DNA of 54,031 nucleotides from a virus (Duplodnaviria; Caudoviricetes): IMG/VR virus record IMGVR_UViG_3300048080_000659, positions 1 to 54,031 of that record; one strand, 5' to 3'. Shown piece by piece: positions 28,719 to 36,965 of this stretch (position 1 is its first letter; each line of letters starts with the position of its first letter). The notes under the pieces were generated by a model. It saw only the letters and a program-made list of their open reading frames with translations, ran no database searches and was not told where the DNA came from. The position numbers and the translations under genes were made by a program.

Positions 28719-29069
28719 ATGGTAAGGCTTTTCCTCGGCAACCTCAGCTACCAGGCGACCGAGACCGCCATCGCCGCCGCGCTCCAGGGCCTCGGCCTGG
28801 CGCTGGCCGGCCCCGTCTCATTGCCCAAGGACCGCGAGTCTGGCAGCCACCGCGGCTTCGGCTTCGTCGAGGTGGAGGGCGAAGCGGCCGCCGCCATCGC
28901 GCTCGCAGACGGGGTGCCGATCTGCGGCCGGCCCATCCGCGTCGCGTCCGCCACGAGCCGGGCGCCAGGGCCGCGCCGGCAGCGGCCGGAGCCGACACTT
29001 GCGGAGGAGCGGGAGAAGGACGTCAGGGAGACTTGGCGGGAGGACCGGCATCGGATGGGGCGTCGGTAG
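28719..29069 (+). CDS. RRM-domain RNA-binding protein
   Basis: RNP2 LFLGNLSY and RNP1 RGFGFVEV; GRPIRV. Confidence 0.85.
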   Translation: MVRLFLGNLSYQATETAIAAALQGLGLALAGPVSLPKDRESGSHRGFGFVEVEGEAAAAIALADGVPICGRPIRVASATSRAPGPRRQRPEPTLAEEREKDVRETWREDRHRMGRR

Positions 29070-29831
29070 TCCCGGACTCCGCCGCCGCCGCCGCGTCCAC
29101 TACCGCCTTCGCCGCCTGCGCCTTCGCCCGCGCCACCTCCGCCGCCCGCGCCAACGCCCGTGCCCGCGCCACGGCCGCCCGCGCCGGAACCCTCGCCATC
29201 GCCGCGTCCGCGTCTTCCGCCGCCGCCGCCACCGCCGTCTCCGCCAGCACCACCGCATCCCACGCCGCCTTTGCCTCCGCCTCCGCCGCCGCCACCTTCC
29301 GCCACACCGCCTCGTCGCGGATCATGAGCGCACCGCCACCGCGTCGTCAGCAAGAGCGCGGGCAGCGACCTCACCTTTGACACGTGCAATCTCCACAAGA
29401 ACAGCAGCGGCCAGTTCATCGTCTTCTGCGTTGTCGGTCGCGAGCATGAACCCGTCGATGATGGACTTGATCTGCATCAGCGCGAGCGCCTCGTCTTGGT
29501 GAAGTCCTTCGCGCCCGTAGGGCCCGCCGCCGATCGTCGTTATCCCCCAACTCGTGACGCCGGGGCCGCCGTTCATGTAGCCGAGCGCGACCAGCACCTC
29601 CAAGCGCGTGAGCGCCTCGCGATCCCTGCCCGGGACGTCGAACTTCCACGGCTGGCCAGGGCCCCACGGCCGGCGCAGCCACTCCATGAGTTTCATCGGT
29701 CTCCTTTCGGCGGCTGAACCCACCCCAGGCACGTCGTCCAGTCCACGCAGCCGCCCACCACAGCCATGAACCGCTCGCGCGCCTCCGCGCACGGCCGCGG
29801 GTTGTCGGGGTGATTGACCAGCATGGGCTTG

Positions 29832-29866
29832 AGTATACTCGCCGTCACGTCCGCGTCAACACAAAA
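29832..29866 (-). promoter_or_regulatory. Conserved early promoter immediately after the terL-N stop codon
   Basis: TTTTGTG-TTGACG-N16-TATACT, then ATG 7 nt downstream (29824). Confidence 0.8.
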
Positions 29867-29867
29867 C

Positions 29868-31922
29868 CTAGACAGCGACAGCCTTAGCCTCCGGCTGCAC
29901 CGTAGGGTAGCTCGCGACGTCCGGGCAACCGACGACCTCCTGCTCGATCGACGCGCAGTCGTGCGAGACGCGCTGAACGAGCGTGCACCAGCCCGCGCGG
30001 CGCATGAGGTTGTGCGTTGCATCTTCGGCGTGCCAAGGCGTGGCGATCATGAGCACCTTCCCATCGGGCTCGAGCCGCGAAAGCCAAGTCTGCTCGACGA
30101 GGTCCAGCACCTTGCGACGCTGGGCCTGGTCCATGCTGTTCTTCTGATCGACGACGTCATCAAACAGCACGAAATCCGCCCGGCCGCCGATGCCCGTCGT
30201 GAAGACGCCACGGGCTTGGACCGACGGATCAAGCGAGAAGCCCTTGCGCTCGAGAAACATCTCGTGGTCCGTCCATCGATCCCCGCGCCGCACGCCGGGG
30301 AAGATCGCCTGGTACACCGGCGACTCGACGATCCGCCCGACGCCGATCGTGCGGCGGGTGGCGTTGCCGTCGTCGTTCGTGACGACCTTGACTCGGCGGT
30401 TCGAGTCCTGGCCGAGGAGCCACGCGATCATCGGCACCAACAGGGTGCTGCTGTTGTGGACGATCACACCGTCGGAAACGTAGGTGTTGTAGCCCTCCAC
30501 CTCGATGCCGAATGTCTCCTGCTCGCCCCGATCCTGTGTGCCCACGATCTCGTCCCACCACAACGCGGGGGCCGTCATCCGCAGGAGATGCTGGTTTCCC
30601 TCTGCCAGCGCGGCTAGCCGAACCACGCGGCGAGATGTCCCGCGATTCTTGTACACGCGGTGACCCACTTGGTCGAGCGCCACGCCGGTATTCTGCCTGT
30701 GCCAATACGCGGTCTTCGTCAGGTATTCGCGATAGGCCAGCGGGATGATGTCTCCGTTGCCCGCCTTCCGTGACCCGGCCATCTCCGCGACCCTGTCGCG
30801 GAGCCTTTGCTGCTTCGCGCCCGGGATCGGGATGTGGTTCAGGAACGCGGGCAAGCTCGTGCTCGCCACAGCCAAGCGCCAAGAATGGTGGACCTCGCCC
30901 TTGTACCTTCCCACCTTCGGGCGTAGACGAGAGGCAACCCCGAACCGCACCAGCAACTTCTGCACGTCAGCGAGCAGGGAACGGTTCACGGAGTACAACT
31001 CCACGGCCCCAATGGTGCTAGAGTCGAGCGTGCCGTCGCAAGCAAAGTAAGCGCCGATGTACTCCGCGACCTGCGCCGGCGGGGCCGTGAAAATCGCGGG
31101 CGGCGTCCTCTTGCTGCGCGAATCGCGCCCCATGAGGCCATGACGCCGAGCCCAAACCTGGGGACTGTCGTGCTTCCGCCCCTTCCCCACCGTCGCGGAC
31201 GACAAGCGAAGGCAAGCGGCAAACCGCCCGGAATCGTAACGGTGGCACCTGAACCCCAGCGAAGAGGCTGCGGAAGCGACCTCCCCAAGAATGCTCTCGT
31301 CGGCGTTGGTAAACATTACACTTCCCGACGACAGGCTGCCGTCACCGACCAGGAAGCCGAGAAGGCGCGCCTCACCATCGCGCAAAGGTTGGCACCCCAT
31401 GCCGGGGATGTGGTTGGTTACCGCCACGAAGTCGCCGGCCCGCAGCGTTTCGGCCGCGCACCAACCTCGCATGGTGAGGAACGGGTGCTCGGCAGTCACG
31501 TCGATCTGGCGCCCGCTCGCTAAGCTGAACCGAGTCACCCGCCGCACGCCGTTACAGAACACTCGGCCCCAGGCCGGCCGATACACCCCGTCGCGTGCGT
31601 CGTAGGCGAGCACGCTGGCCACGAGCCCGTCGAGCCTCCCTATCGGCACCTCGCTGCCGTCTGACATCTGGACGAGCGCCCCTGCGGGCTGGCACTTCCC
31701 GCTGCCGAAATGGGCCTGGATGATCGCGTGTAGCCGCCGCTCCCAGCAGTAGCGAACGTGGTGCACCCACTGCTGGTGCATCGGCGCCAGTTCGATCGGC
31801 GCGCCGTGATCGTCCCGGGCGACGAGCCGCACGAAGGTCTCGAAGTCCCGCGCCGCACGGCGCAGGCGCAGGTTGTAGCGAGCGGCCTGGCGCGCGCGCT
31901 CGCGGATGAAGTCCTGGGTCAC
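29868..31922 (-). CDS. terL: Terminase large subunit, N-terminal ATPase part, intein-containing; lacks nuclease domain
   Basis: Walker A GSGK|S, GGRADFVLFDD Walker B, IATPWH.ED coupling motif; stops about 45 aa later. Confidence 0.9.
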   Translation of the reverse strand: MTQDFIRERARQAARYNLRLRRAARDFETFVRLVARDDHGAPIELAPMHQQWVHHVRYCWERRLHAIIQAHFGSGKCQPAGALVQMSDGSEVPIGRLDGLVASVLAYDARDGVYRPAWGRVFCNGVRRVTRFSLASGRQIDVTAEHPFLTMRGWCAAETLRAGDFVAVTNHIPGMGCQPLRDGEARLLGFLVGDGSLSSGSVMFTNADESILGEVASAASSLGFRCHRYDSGRFAACLRLSSATVGKGRKHDSPQVWARRHGLMGRDSRSKRTPPAIFTAPPAQVAEYIGAYFACDGTLDSSTIGAVELYSVNRSLLADVQKLLVRFGVASRLRPKVGRYKGEVHHSWRLAVASTSLPAFLNHIPIPGAKQQRLRDRVAEMAGSRKAGNGDIIPLAYREYLTKTAYWHRQNTGVALDQVGHRVYKNRGTSRRVVRLAALAEGNQHLLRMTAPALWWDEIVGTQDRGEQETFGIEVEGYNTYVSDGVIVHNSSTLLVPMIAWLLGQDSNRRVKVVTNDDGNATRRTIGVGRIVESPVYQAIFPGVRRGDRWTDHEMFLERKGFSLDPSVQARGVFTTGIGGRADFVLFDDVVDQKNSMDQAQRRKVLDLVEQTWLSRLEPDGKVLMIATPWHAEDATHNLMRRAGWCTLVQRVSHDCASIEQEVVGCPDVASYPTVQPEAKAVAV
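30453..31694 (-). mobile_element. Intein (414 aa) with LAGLIDADG homing endonuclease, inserted in Walker A
   Basis: N-terminal C (CQPAG), block B T.EHPF, LLGFLVGDGS and YIGAYFACDG, C-terminal VHN followed by S. Confidence 0.92.
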
Positions 31923-32710
31923 TTCTTGGCCTCGATCTGTCGCCGCTGCCCGAACAGCGCCTCGAACGAGAAGCCGTCGGGAAGCTGGCCCGTCTCCTCG
32001 ATCGCCGCGATCTGCTCCTCGGTCAGCGTGAGCCAGCCAGGCTGAAACGGCGCACCCTCGACCTTGAGGTGCGCAGTCGGCTTGTCGAACAAGAACGCTT
32101 CAATCTTGCGCAGGTTCTCGACGGCAACCGAGAGGTCTCGCGTGGCCGCGACGATCTCGTCGTAGGTCGCGGGCAGCACCTCGTAGTGCACCATGCCTTC
32201 TCTATCCCGCCAAACCTCGAGCCGGCCGAGCTTCGCCCCGCGGGCGGCCGTCTTGATGTGGCCGAGGCAGACGCGGATGAGCGACTTGAGCCCGCTGACG
32301 ACTTGGTGGGTTTCCTCGAACGCTTGGTCCCAGGTCTCGACGGCCTTGACGAACACGCGATCGGTGGCACGCGTCTTGAGCGCGCGGCGTTCCTCGACGT
32401 CCTTCTTGGCGGCGTCGACGGCCCGGCGCCCGGCGGGTGACTGCACAACGGTGCCCGCGACCTCAGCCTTGCGGCGTTCGAGAAACGACGGAATGTCCTG
32501 CGACGGAAGCCCGCGCAGCACGAGGTTGTGGATCGTCTGCCGCGACACCCCAAACTTGACCGCCAGCGCCGAAATGTTGTTTGTCGCCCGCCAGGCGTGC
32601 CAGATTTCCTCGACTACCTCCGGCGAGAGCCGACGCTGGTTGTTCGCCGACGGAGCCTTCGATACCACCTCTGGTGTCAATTTCGGCGGTGGAAATACGG
32701 TTTCGTCCAT
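31919..32710 (-). CDS. terS: Putative terminase small subunit (N-terminal HTH)
   Basis: ISALAVKFGVSRQTI HTH; GTGA-coupled directly upstream of terL-N. Confidence 0.65.
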   Translation of the reverse strand: MDETVFPPPKLTPEVVSKAPSANNQRRLSPEVVEEIWHAWRATNNISALAVKFGVSRQTIHNLVLRGLPSQDIPSFLERRKAEVAGTVVQSPAGRRAVDAAKKDVEERRALKTRATDRVFVKAVETWDQAFEETHQVVSGLKSLIRVCLGHIKTAARGAKLGRLEVWRDREGMVHYEVLPATYDEIVAATRDLSVAVENLRKIEAFLFDKPTAHLKVEGAPFQPGWLTLTEEQIAAIEETGQLPDGFSFEALFGQRRQIEAKK

Positions 32711-32742
32711 AACATACTAGAGTCACGCACGAATTCCGGCGT

Positions 32743-32879
32743 TGTCAAGCAAAAGTGTCAACCACGTCAAGCAAAAATTTCTGAATAAAATCAACGAGTG
32801 TAAATGACAGTACCGTAGTGACAGGCGTCACACACCACGAAATCGCCCCCTGTCAAGCGGCTGTCAGGCGACTGTGTCA
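32743..32879. repeat. Cluster of (T/C)GTCA / TGACA boxes upstream of terS
   Basis: Nine boxes; gtcaagcaaaa repeated at 32744 and 32766. Confidence 0.6.
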
Positions 32880-33341
32880 GGCACGACATCGGCGCGCTTT
32901 TCTCGACGGTGACGGGTGCGGCGACTTGAGCACGTCAAGCACCTTGGTCGCATACGCGGAAACCCCACATGCTTGACCGCTGTACGCACCGAGCCAACGC
33001 AGCGGGTCGCCACCGCAGCGCCTTCGCACCCGCGCAAGGTACCGGACTCCGAGTCGCACGTTGAGCGCGGGGTCGGCGAACGCGTCATCGCCCAGGTGGT
33101 CGAACCCGCGGGTCGCGATCCCGCGCTTGACCTGCATGAGCCCGATCTCGCCGGCGGCGCCGCGGGCGTCGCGATCGAAGCGCGACTCGCTCCACATCAC
33201 GGCGACGACGACCTCGGGCTCGAGCCGGTAGCGTCGGGCCTCGCGCAGGACCAGCGGCGCCAGCTCCTGGGCGAGCCGATTGTGCTCGCAGGCGGGGCTG
33301 TGCACGGCGGGGAACAGCGACGCGATCAGGGCGGCGATCAC
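32877..33341 (-). CDS. Lytic transglycosylase (SLT domain)
   Basis: AVMWSES.F, GEIGLMQV, DPALNVRLGVRYL, GAYS motifs. Confidence 0.9.
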   Translation of the reverse strand: MIAALIASLFPAVHSPACEHNRLAQELAPLVLREARRYRLEPEVVVAVMWSESRFDRDARGAAGEIGLMQVKRGIATRGFDHLGDDAFADPALNVRLGVRYLARVRRRCGGDPLRWLGAYSGQACGVSAYATKVLDVLKSPHPSPSRKARRCRA

Positions 33342-33529
33342 GCGAGGGCCTCAGCGCGCATGAGGTGCCTCACGCCCCCGGTAACGCGCAGCGTGCGCCG
33401 GCGATGACGCGCCGCGCGGTGCCGGCGGCTGGTGTGCGGCCGGCCGGATCGGTTGGCTTGCACGGCGCGGGGGATACGCGCCTGGCCGCATTACCTCGCG
33501 CTGGGGACGCGTTTGAGGGGCATCGGCCC

Positions 33530-33778
33530 TCACGCTGCCTTGGCGACCGTTTCGGCGAGCCTGGCGAAGCGGAAGCGCTTGCCGGCCGCGAAGGCAATGC
33601 GCAGGAGCCGGTCGGCGGGTGGCATGGTCCTGCCCGTCTCGTAGGCGGCGAGGGTCTGCCATGGGAGTTGCGCACGCCCAGCGAACTCGTGCAGCGTCAG
33701 GCCAAGGGCGCTCCTGGCGCGCCGGATCTCGGTGCCGATGGAGTCGGCGGGCTGCTGCTGCTGCTGCTGCTGCTGCAT
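33530..33778 (-). CDS. XRE-family HTH regulator with N-terminal Gln8
   Basis: IRRARSALGLTLHEFA...TLAAYETGR..P; (CAG)8 after ATG. Confidence 0.8.
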   Translation of the reverse strand: MQQQQQQQQPADSIGTEIRRARSALGLTLHEFAGRAQLPWQTLAAYETGRTMPPADRLLRIAFAAGKRFRFARLAETVAKAA

Positions 33779-33896
33779 CGCCAAGGGGTAGCATCGGGAG
33801 GCGGGCGGCGTCAAGGCGAGGGGGCGGGCCCGGGGACCGGCCGGCGTCGCCCCAGCCAGTGAACCAGCGTTGCCCCGCCCGCGCGACATAATATCC

Positions 33897-33943
33897 GCAT
33901 TACAACTTGACTAGTATATCCTATAGTAATCAAATTGTAATGC
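33897..33943. repeat. AT-rich imperfect palindrome
   Basis: cgcattacaa-c-ttga ... tcaa-a-ttgtaatgcg. Confidence 0.75.
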
Positions 33944-34032
33944 GAAAATAGTCGTGTGCGTGACGGGCGTGGAAGGACAAATAGCCTTACAAATAGCTTG
34001 CTATCAGTATTCGTCGTACTATACTCGTCCAA

Positions 34033-35046
34033 ATGGGCCGACGACCACGCTCCGACCGGTTGATCGACTTCCAGGCACACGGATACCGCTTCGCACTAGC
34101 GCAGAGCACGATAGACGCCCTGCCCCGCGCCGCCGACTTCGTCACGCATCTGCTCACCGCTGGCCGCGTCACTCCCGCGATCGCGCGCGAGTACGGCCGC
34201 CTCGCCGCCAAGGCCGCGCGGGCCGGGACCATCCGCACGCCGCGCCTAATCGACCAGCGCATGACCAGCTCCGCGGTGAACGCCTACTGGAAGTGGTTCG
34301 TCCCGCAGTACGACGCCAAGATCCGTGCCCTCATCGCCGCCTGTGTCAGTCGCAACGACACGCACTCCGCGATGGAGCTACGCAACCACGGGCCGCAACT
34401 ACGGGCCGGATCCTTGGTGCCGCCAGCGCCCGACAAGACCATCCCGCGGCTCGACTTCCAGGCAACGAATGCCGCCTTCAACGCGGCCACGGCCGAGATC
34501 GTCGCCGCCGGGCCCCCACCGCCGGGCCCCCCGCGCTGGTCCGACGTCTCCAAGTACGAGCCGGTCAGCACCACCATCAGTCCGTACTCTGTTTGGCTCG
34601 ACGAGCCCTGCCCGCACTGGACGCTGCACATCCCGCCGCGACCCGACTTTCCCGTACACACCGACCCGTGCAAGGAGTGCCGTTGTTTGATCCTGGACGA
34701 CGAGTTGCTCAACCTCGTCGCCGATGGATACCGCTGGGCCTGGGGGGAGCGACCGCTTGCCTCGCTGCCGCCCGACGCGTTCCTGTTCGGCGCCCCGCCG
34801 CTCGGTGGCGACTACGTCGTGCAGATGGCGGAAACGGACACCGCGGGCCGCGTCGCCGTGCTCGCCAAGCCTTGGAGTCCTCTCGCACAGGAAGCCGAGC
34901 GGCTCGCAGGGACCGTGACGGCCGACCTCGCCGTCTTCTGCGATCGCCTGCGCTCGAGCCCGCACGACGCCGTGATCATCGACCTGCACCTAGCGACGTC
35001 GGCGGTGCTCGAAGCGATCAAGGAAGCAATCGGGTCCCGGCTATGA
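34033..35046 (+). CDS. Hypothetical protein (weak tyrosine-recombinase-like features)
   Basis: TATACT 7 nt before ATG; helical N-terminus, LRAGSL, LHIP, FLFG; no clear HxxR/Y. Confidence 0.55.
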   Translation: MGRRPRSDRLIDFQAHGYRFALAQSTIDALPRAADFVTHLLTAGRVTPAIAREYGRLAAKAARAGTIRTPRLIDQRMTSSAVNAYWKWFVPQYDAKIRALIAACVSRNDTHSAMELRNHGPQLRAGSLVPPAPDKTIPRLDFQATNAAFNAATAEIVAAGPPPPGPPRWSDVSKYEPVSTTISPYSVWLDEPCPHWTLHIPPRPDFPVHTDPCKECRCLILDDELLNLVADGYRWAWGERPLASLPPDAFLFGAPPLGGDYVVQMAETDTAGRVAVLAKPWSPLAQEAERLAGTVTADLAVFCDRLRSSPHDAVIIDLHLATSAVLEAIKEAIGSRL

Positions 35047-35408
35047 ACGAACTGCGCCAGATCGTGGAACGCCTCGACAAGTTGATGCCCGGCGAAGACG
35101 GCTGGCGCAGTCGCATAGAGGCGCTCATCGACGACGCGTTTTTTCGCGGGAAAGACGACGTCGGTGCTGCAAGCGTCATCACGCGCTGGCGTGAATGGCT
35201 CGCGGTCGTAGAACATCACGACTCGCCGATCTCGACACACCTGATATACCCCGAAGGAGAAGACTTGCCGACGCTGTCGCTAGTAGATGATCCGCTGCTA
35301 TCGCGCAACCCGGTCACGATTCAAGCCTGTCGCCAGATGGCCGAAGCGCTCGAACGCTTCGTGCAGGACTACCGCCGGCAATGGGTTAAGAGATTGCCGC
35401 CCCGGTAG
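35043..35408 (+). CDS. Hypothetical protein
   Basis: ATGA coupling to upstream gene. Confidence 0.6.
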   Translation: MNELRQIVERLDKLMPGEDGWRSRIEALIDDAFFRGKDDVGAASVITRWREWLAVVEHHDSPISTHLIYPEGEDLPTLSLVDDPLLSRNPVTIQACRQMAEALERFVQDYRRQWVKRLPPR

Positions 35409-35627
35409 TATCATGACCGCCGTGTGGGCCCCGCCGCGCATCTTGGAGCACGCCGAGACGTTCATCGCCTACCCGGCGACGTGCGTCGTCTGCGGGGACT
35501 TCGTTCTCGCGGCCGTGCGCATGCCGAACGACGAGCTGGTCTTCCTTGAGCGCTGGGTCTACGGGCATTGGGACGCCTCGCCCATCTGCGTCGGCGCGGC
35601 GCTGTCGATCGGCCGGCCGCTCGTGAA

Positions 35628-36899
35628 CTAGGTCGCGCTCTCCTCGTCCACTCCCGACGGGCGCAGTGGGATGACCGGCGCGACTTCCCCGTGCACGCAG
35701 CGGTACACGATCCCGCGGGCGTCGCTGCCTTGAACGATCGTGCCTTCCTCCTTGAGCGTGCCGACGATCGTGTCGAGGTACTCGGACGAGACCTTGGCGC
35801 GCTTGAGGACGTCGCGCCGGGAGATCCCCATCGGCACCGCGCCGATCACGTCAATGACCTTCTGCCGATCGCGCTCCCACACGCCGAGCGCGAGCCGCTC
35901 GCCTAGATGCCGCACTGACGGCAAGTAGAGATCCTCGACGAACCGCACCGCGCGGTAGACGCTCTCGTACGACGCGAGCCAGCCCACGCCCGTCACTTCG
36001 CCCGAATCGAGCGCGTAGAGCAGCGCCACCTTACCTACCAGCGTCGGGGCGCCCGCCATGAACGTCTGCACGCGGTGGGGCAGCACGTTCGTTTGACCGT
36101 CGCGCCACCGCGACCAGTTCTCGAACGCGGCCCAGCCTTCTGGCGCGAAGCCCCCGCACGCGGGGAGGTCGGCCAAGTACCCGCGGTAGTGGTTCACGAT
36201 CGTGTCGCGCTGACTCGCCCACGTGAGTGGCATCTTGAAGTTGTCGCGCTCGCCGTAGAGCAGCAGCATCCGGCCGAAGAACCCGCCGGTCCACTCCTCG
36301 AGATCGGTGAAGCTGAACAGCAGGTCCGTCGCGATCGACGACAGGAGCGAGAGACAGATGGGCGGCGGCACGACGGTCTTGCCCTTCTTCAAATTCCGCA
36401 CGTACGGCCGGTCGCTGGGCCAGTCGTGCAGGTCCATGAGCACCGTGCGGATGGGCTCGCCGTAGCCTTTCTGTGTCGTCTTCAGGAAGTGCCCGAACTC
36501 GCGATAGGTCAGGAGCCCGTCGGGCTTCTGTCTGATCTGTGCCACCAGCTCCTCGTAGCTGCCCGGGATCGGCATGACGAGCGAGGAGTCGATGCCCTGC
36601 AAGACGTCGATGCCCGCGTCCATGCTGCCGGTCTTCCGGGTCGATCGCGACGGCCCGACCAGCAGCGTGTAGAGGTTCGGCATGAGCGTGCGACCCGCGA
36701 GCCACGGACACGAGATCCGCTTGGCCACCATCGCGGCGAGCACCGTCAGCCCGACGCCCACGTGGTACAGCTCCGGCGCGTCCGAGCACGCCGCCGCGTA
36801 CGTGCAGTAGTTCCGCAGGAACCCCCACCCCTGCGGTAGAACCTCACTCACGCGGTCAGAGAGCACGGGGAGGAACGACAGTAGAGAGACCGATCGCAC
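35628..36899 (-). CDS. DUF3987-like P-loop ATPase (primase-associated helicase-like) with C-terminal wHTH
   Basis: PNLYTLLVGPS.STRKT, GSYEEL, EFG.FL, GGFFGR motifs; start uncertain. Confidence 0.75.
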   Translation of the reverse strand: MRSVSLLSFLPVLSDRVSEVLPQGWGFLRNYCTYAAACSDAPELYHVGVGLTVLAAMVAKRISCPWLAGRTLMPNLYTLLVGPSRSTRKTGSMDAGIDVLQGIDSSLVMPIPGSYEELVAQIRQKPDGLLTYREFGHFLKTTQKGYGEPIRTVLMDLHDWPSDRPYVRNLKKGKTVVPPPICLSLLSSIATDLLFSFTDLEEWTGGFFGRMLLLYGERDNFKMPLTWASQRDTIVNHYRGYLADLPACGGFAPEGWAAFENWSRWRDGQTNVLPHRVQTFMAGAPTLVGKVALLYALDSGEVTGVGWLASYESVYRAVRFVEDLYLPSVRHLGERLALGVWERDRQKVIDVIGAVPMGISRRDVLKRAKVSSEYLDTIVGTLKEEGTIVQGSDARGIVYRCVHGEVAPVIPLRPSGVDEESAT

Positions 36900-36965
36900 C
36901 TGTCAAGAAATTCTCGCGCGGCGAGAAACCTGTTGACAGCGAAGTCCCGCGCGTGGCAGATGTGG
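36878..36965. promoter_or_regulatory. Back-to-back TTGACA promoters for the replication module
   Basis: TTGACA on minus at 36901-36906 and on plus at 36933-36938. Confidence 0.5.

Noticed and set aside
29070-29345. GCC-rich tract as a functional DNA repeat or Gly-rich ORF 28748-29419
   Set aside because: Best explained as the Ala-rich ORF 29023-29325(-); the other frames are shadows of low complexity.
7349-29866. Repeated TTTGTGTTGACG motif as a CRISPR or integron array
   Set aside because: Irregular kilobase spacing, both orientations, and a clear -35/-10 promoter structure.
11160-31922. Split-intein trans-splicing of the two terL halves
   Set aside because: The intein is complete within terL-N, and no intein fragments are visible at the end of terL-N or the start of terL-C.
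34033-35046. Confident integrase or protelomerase call
   Set aside because: The catalytic R-K-H-R-H/W-Y set cannot be identified and the nearby palindrome is imperfect; kept only as a hypothesis.
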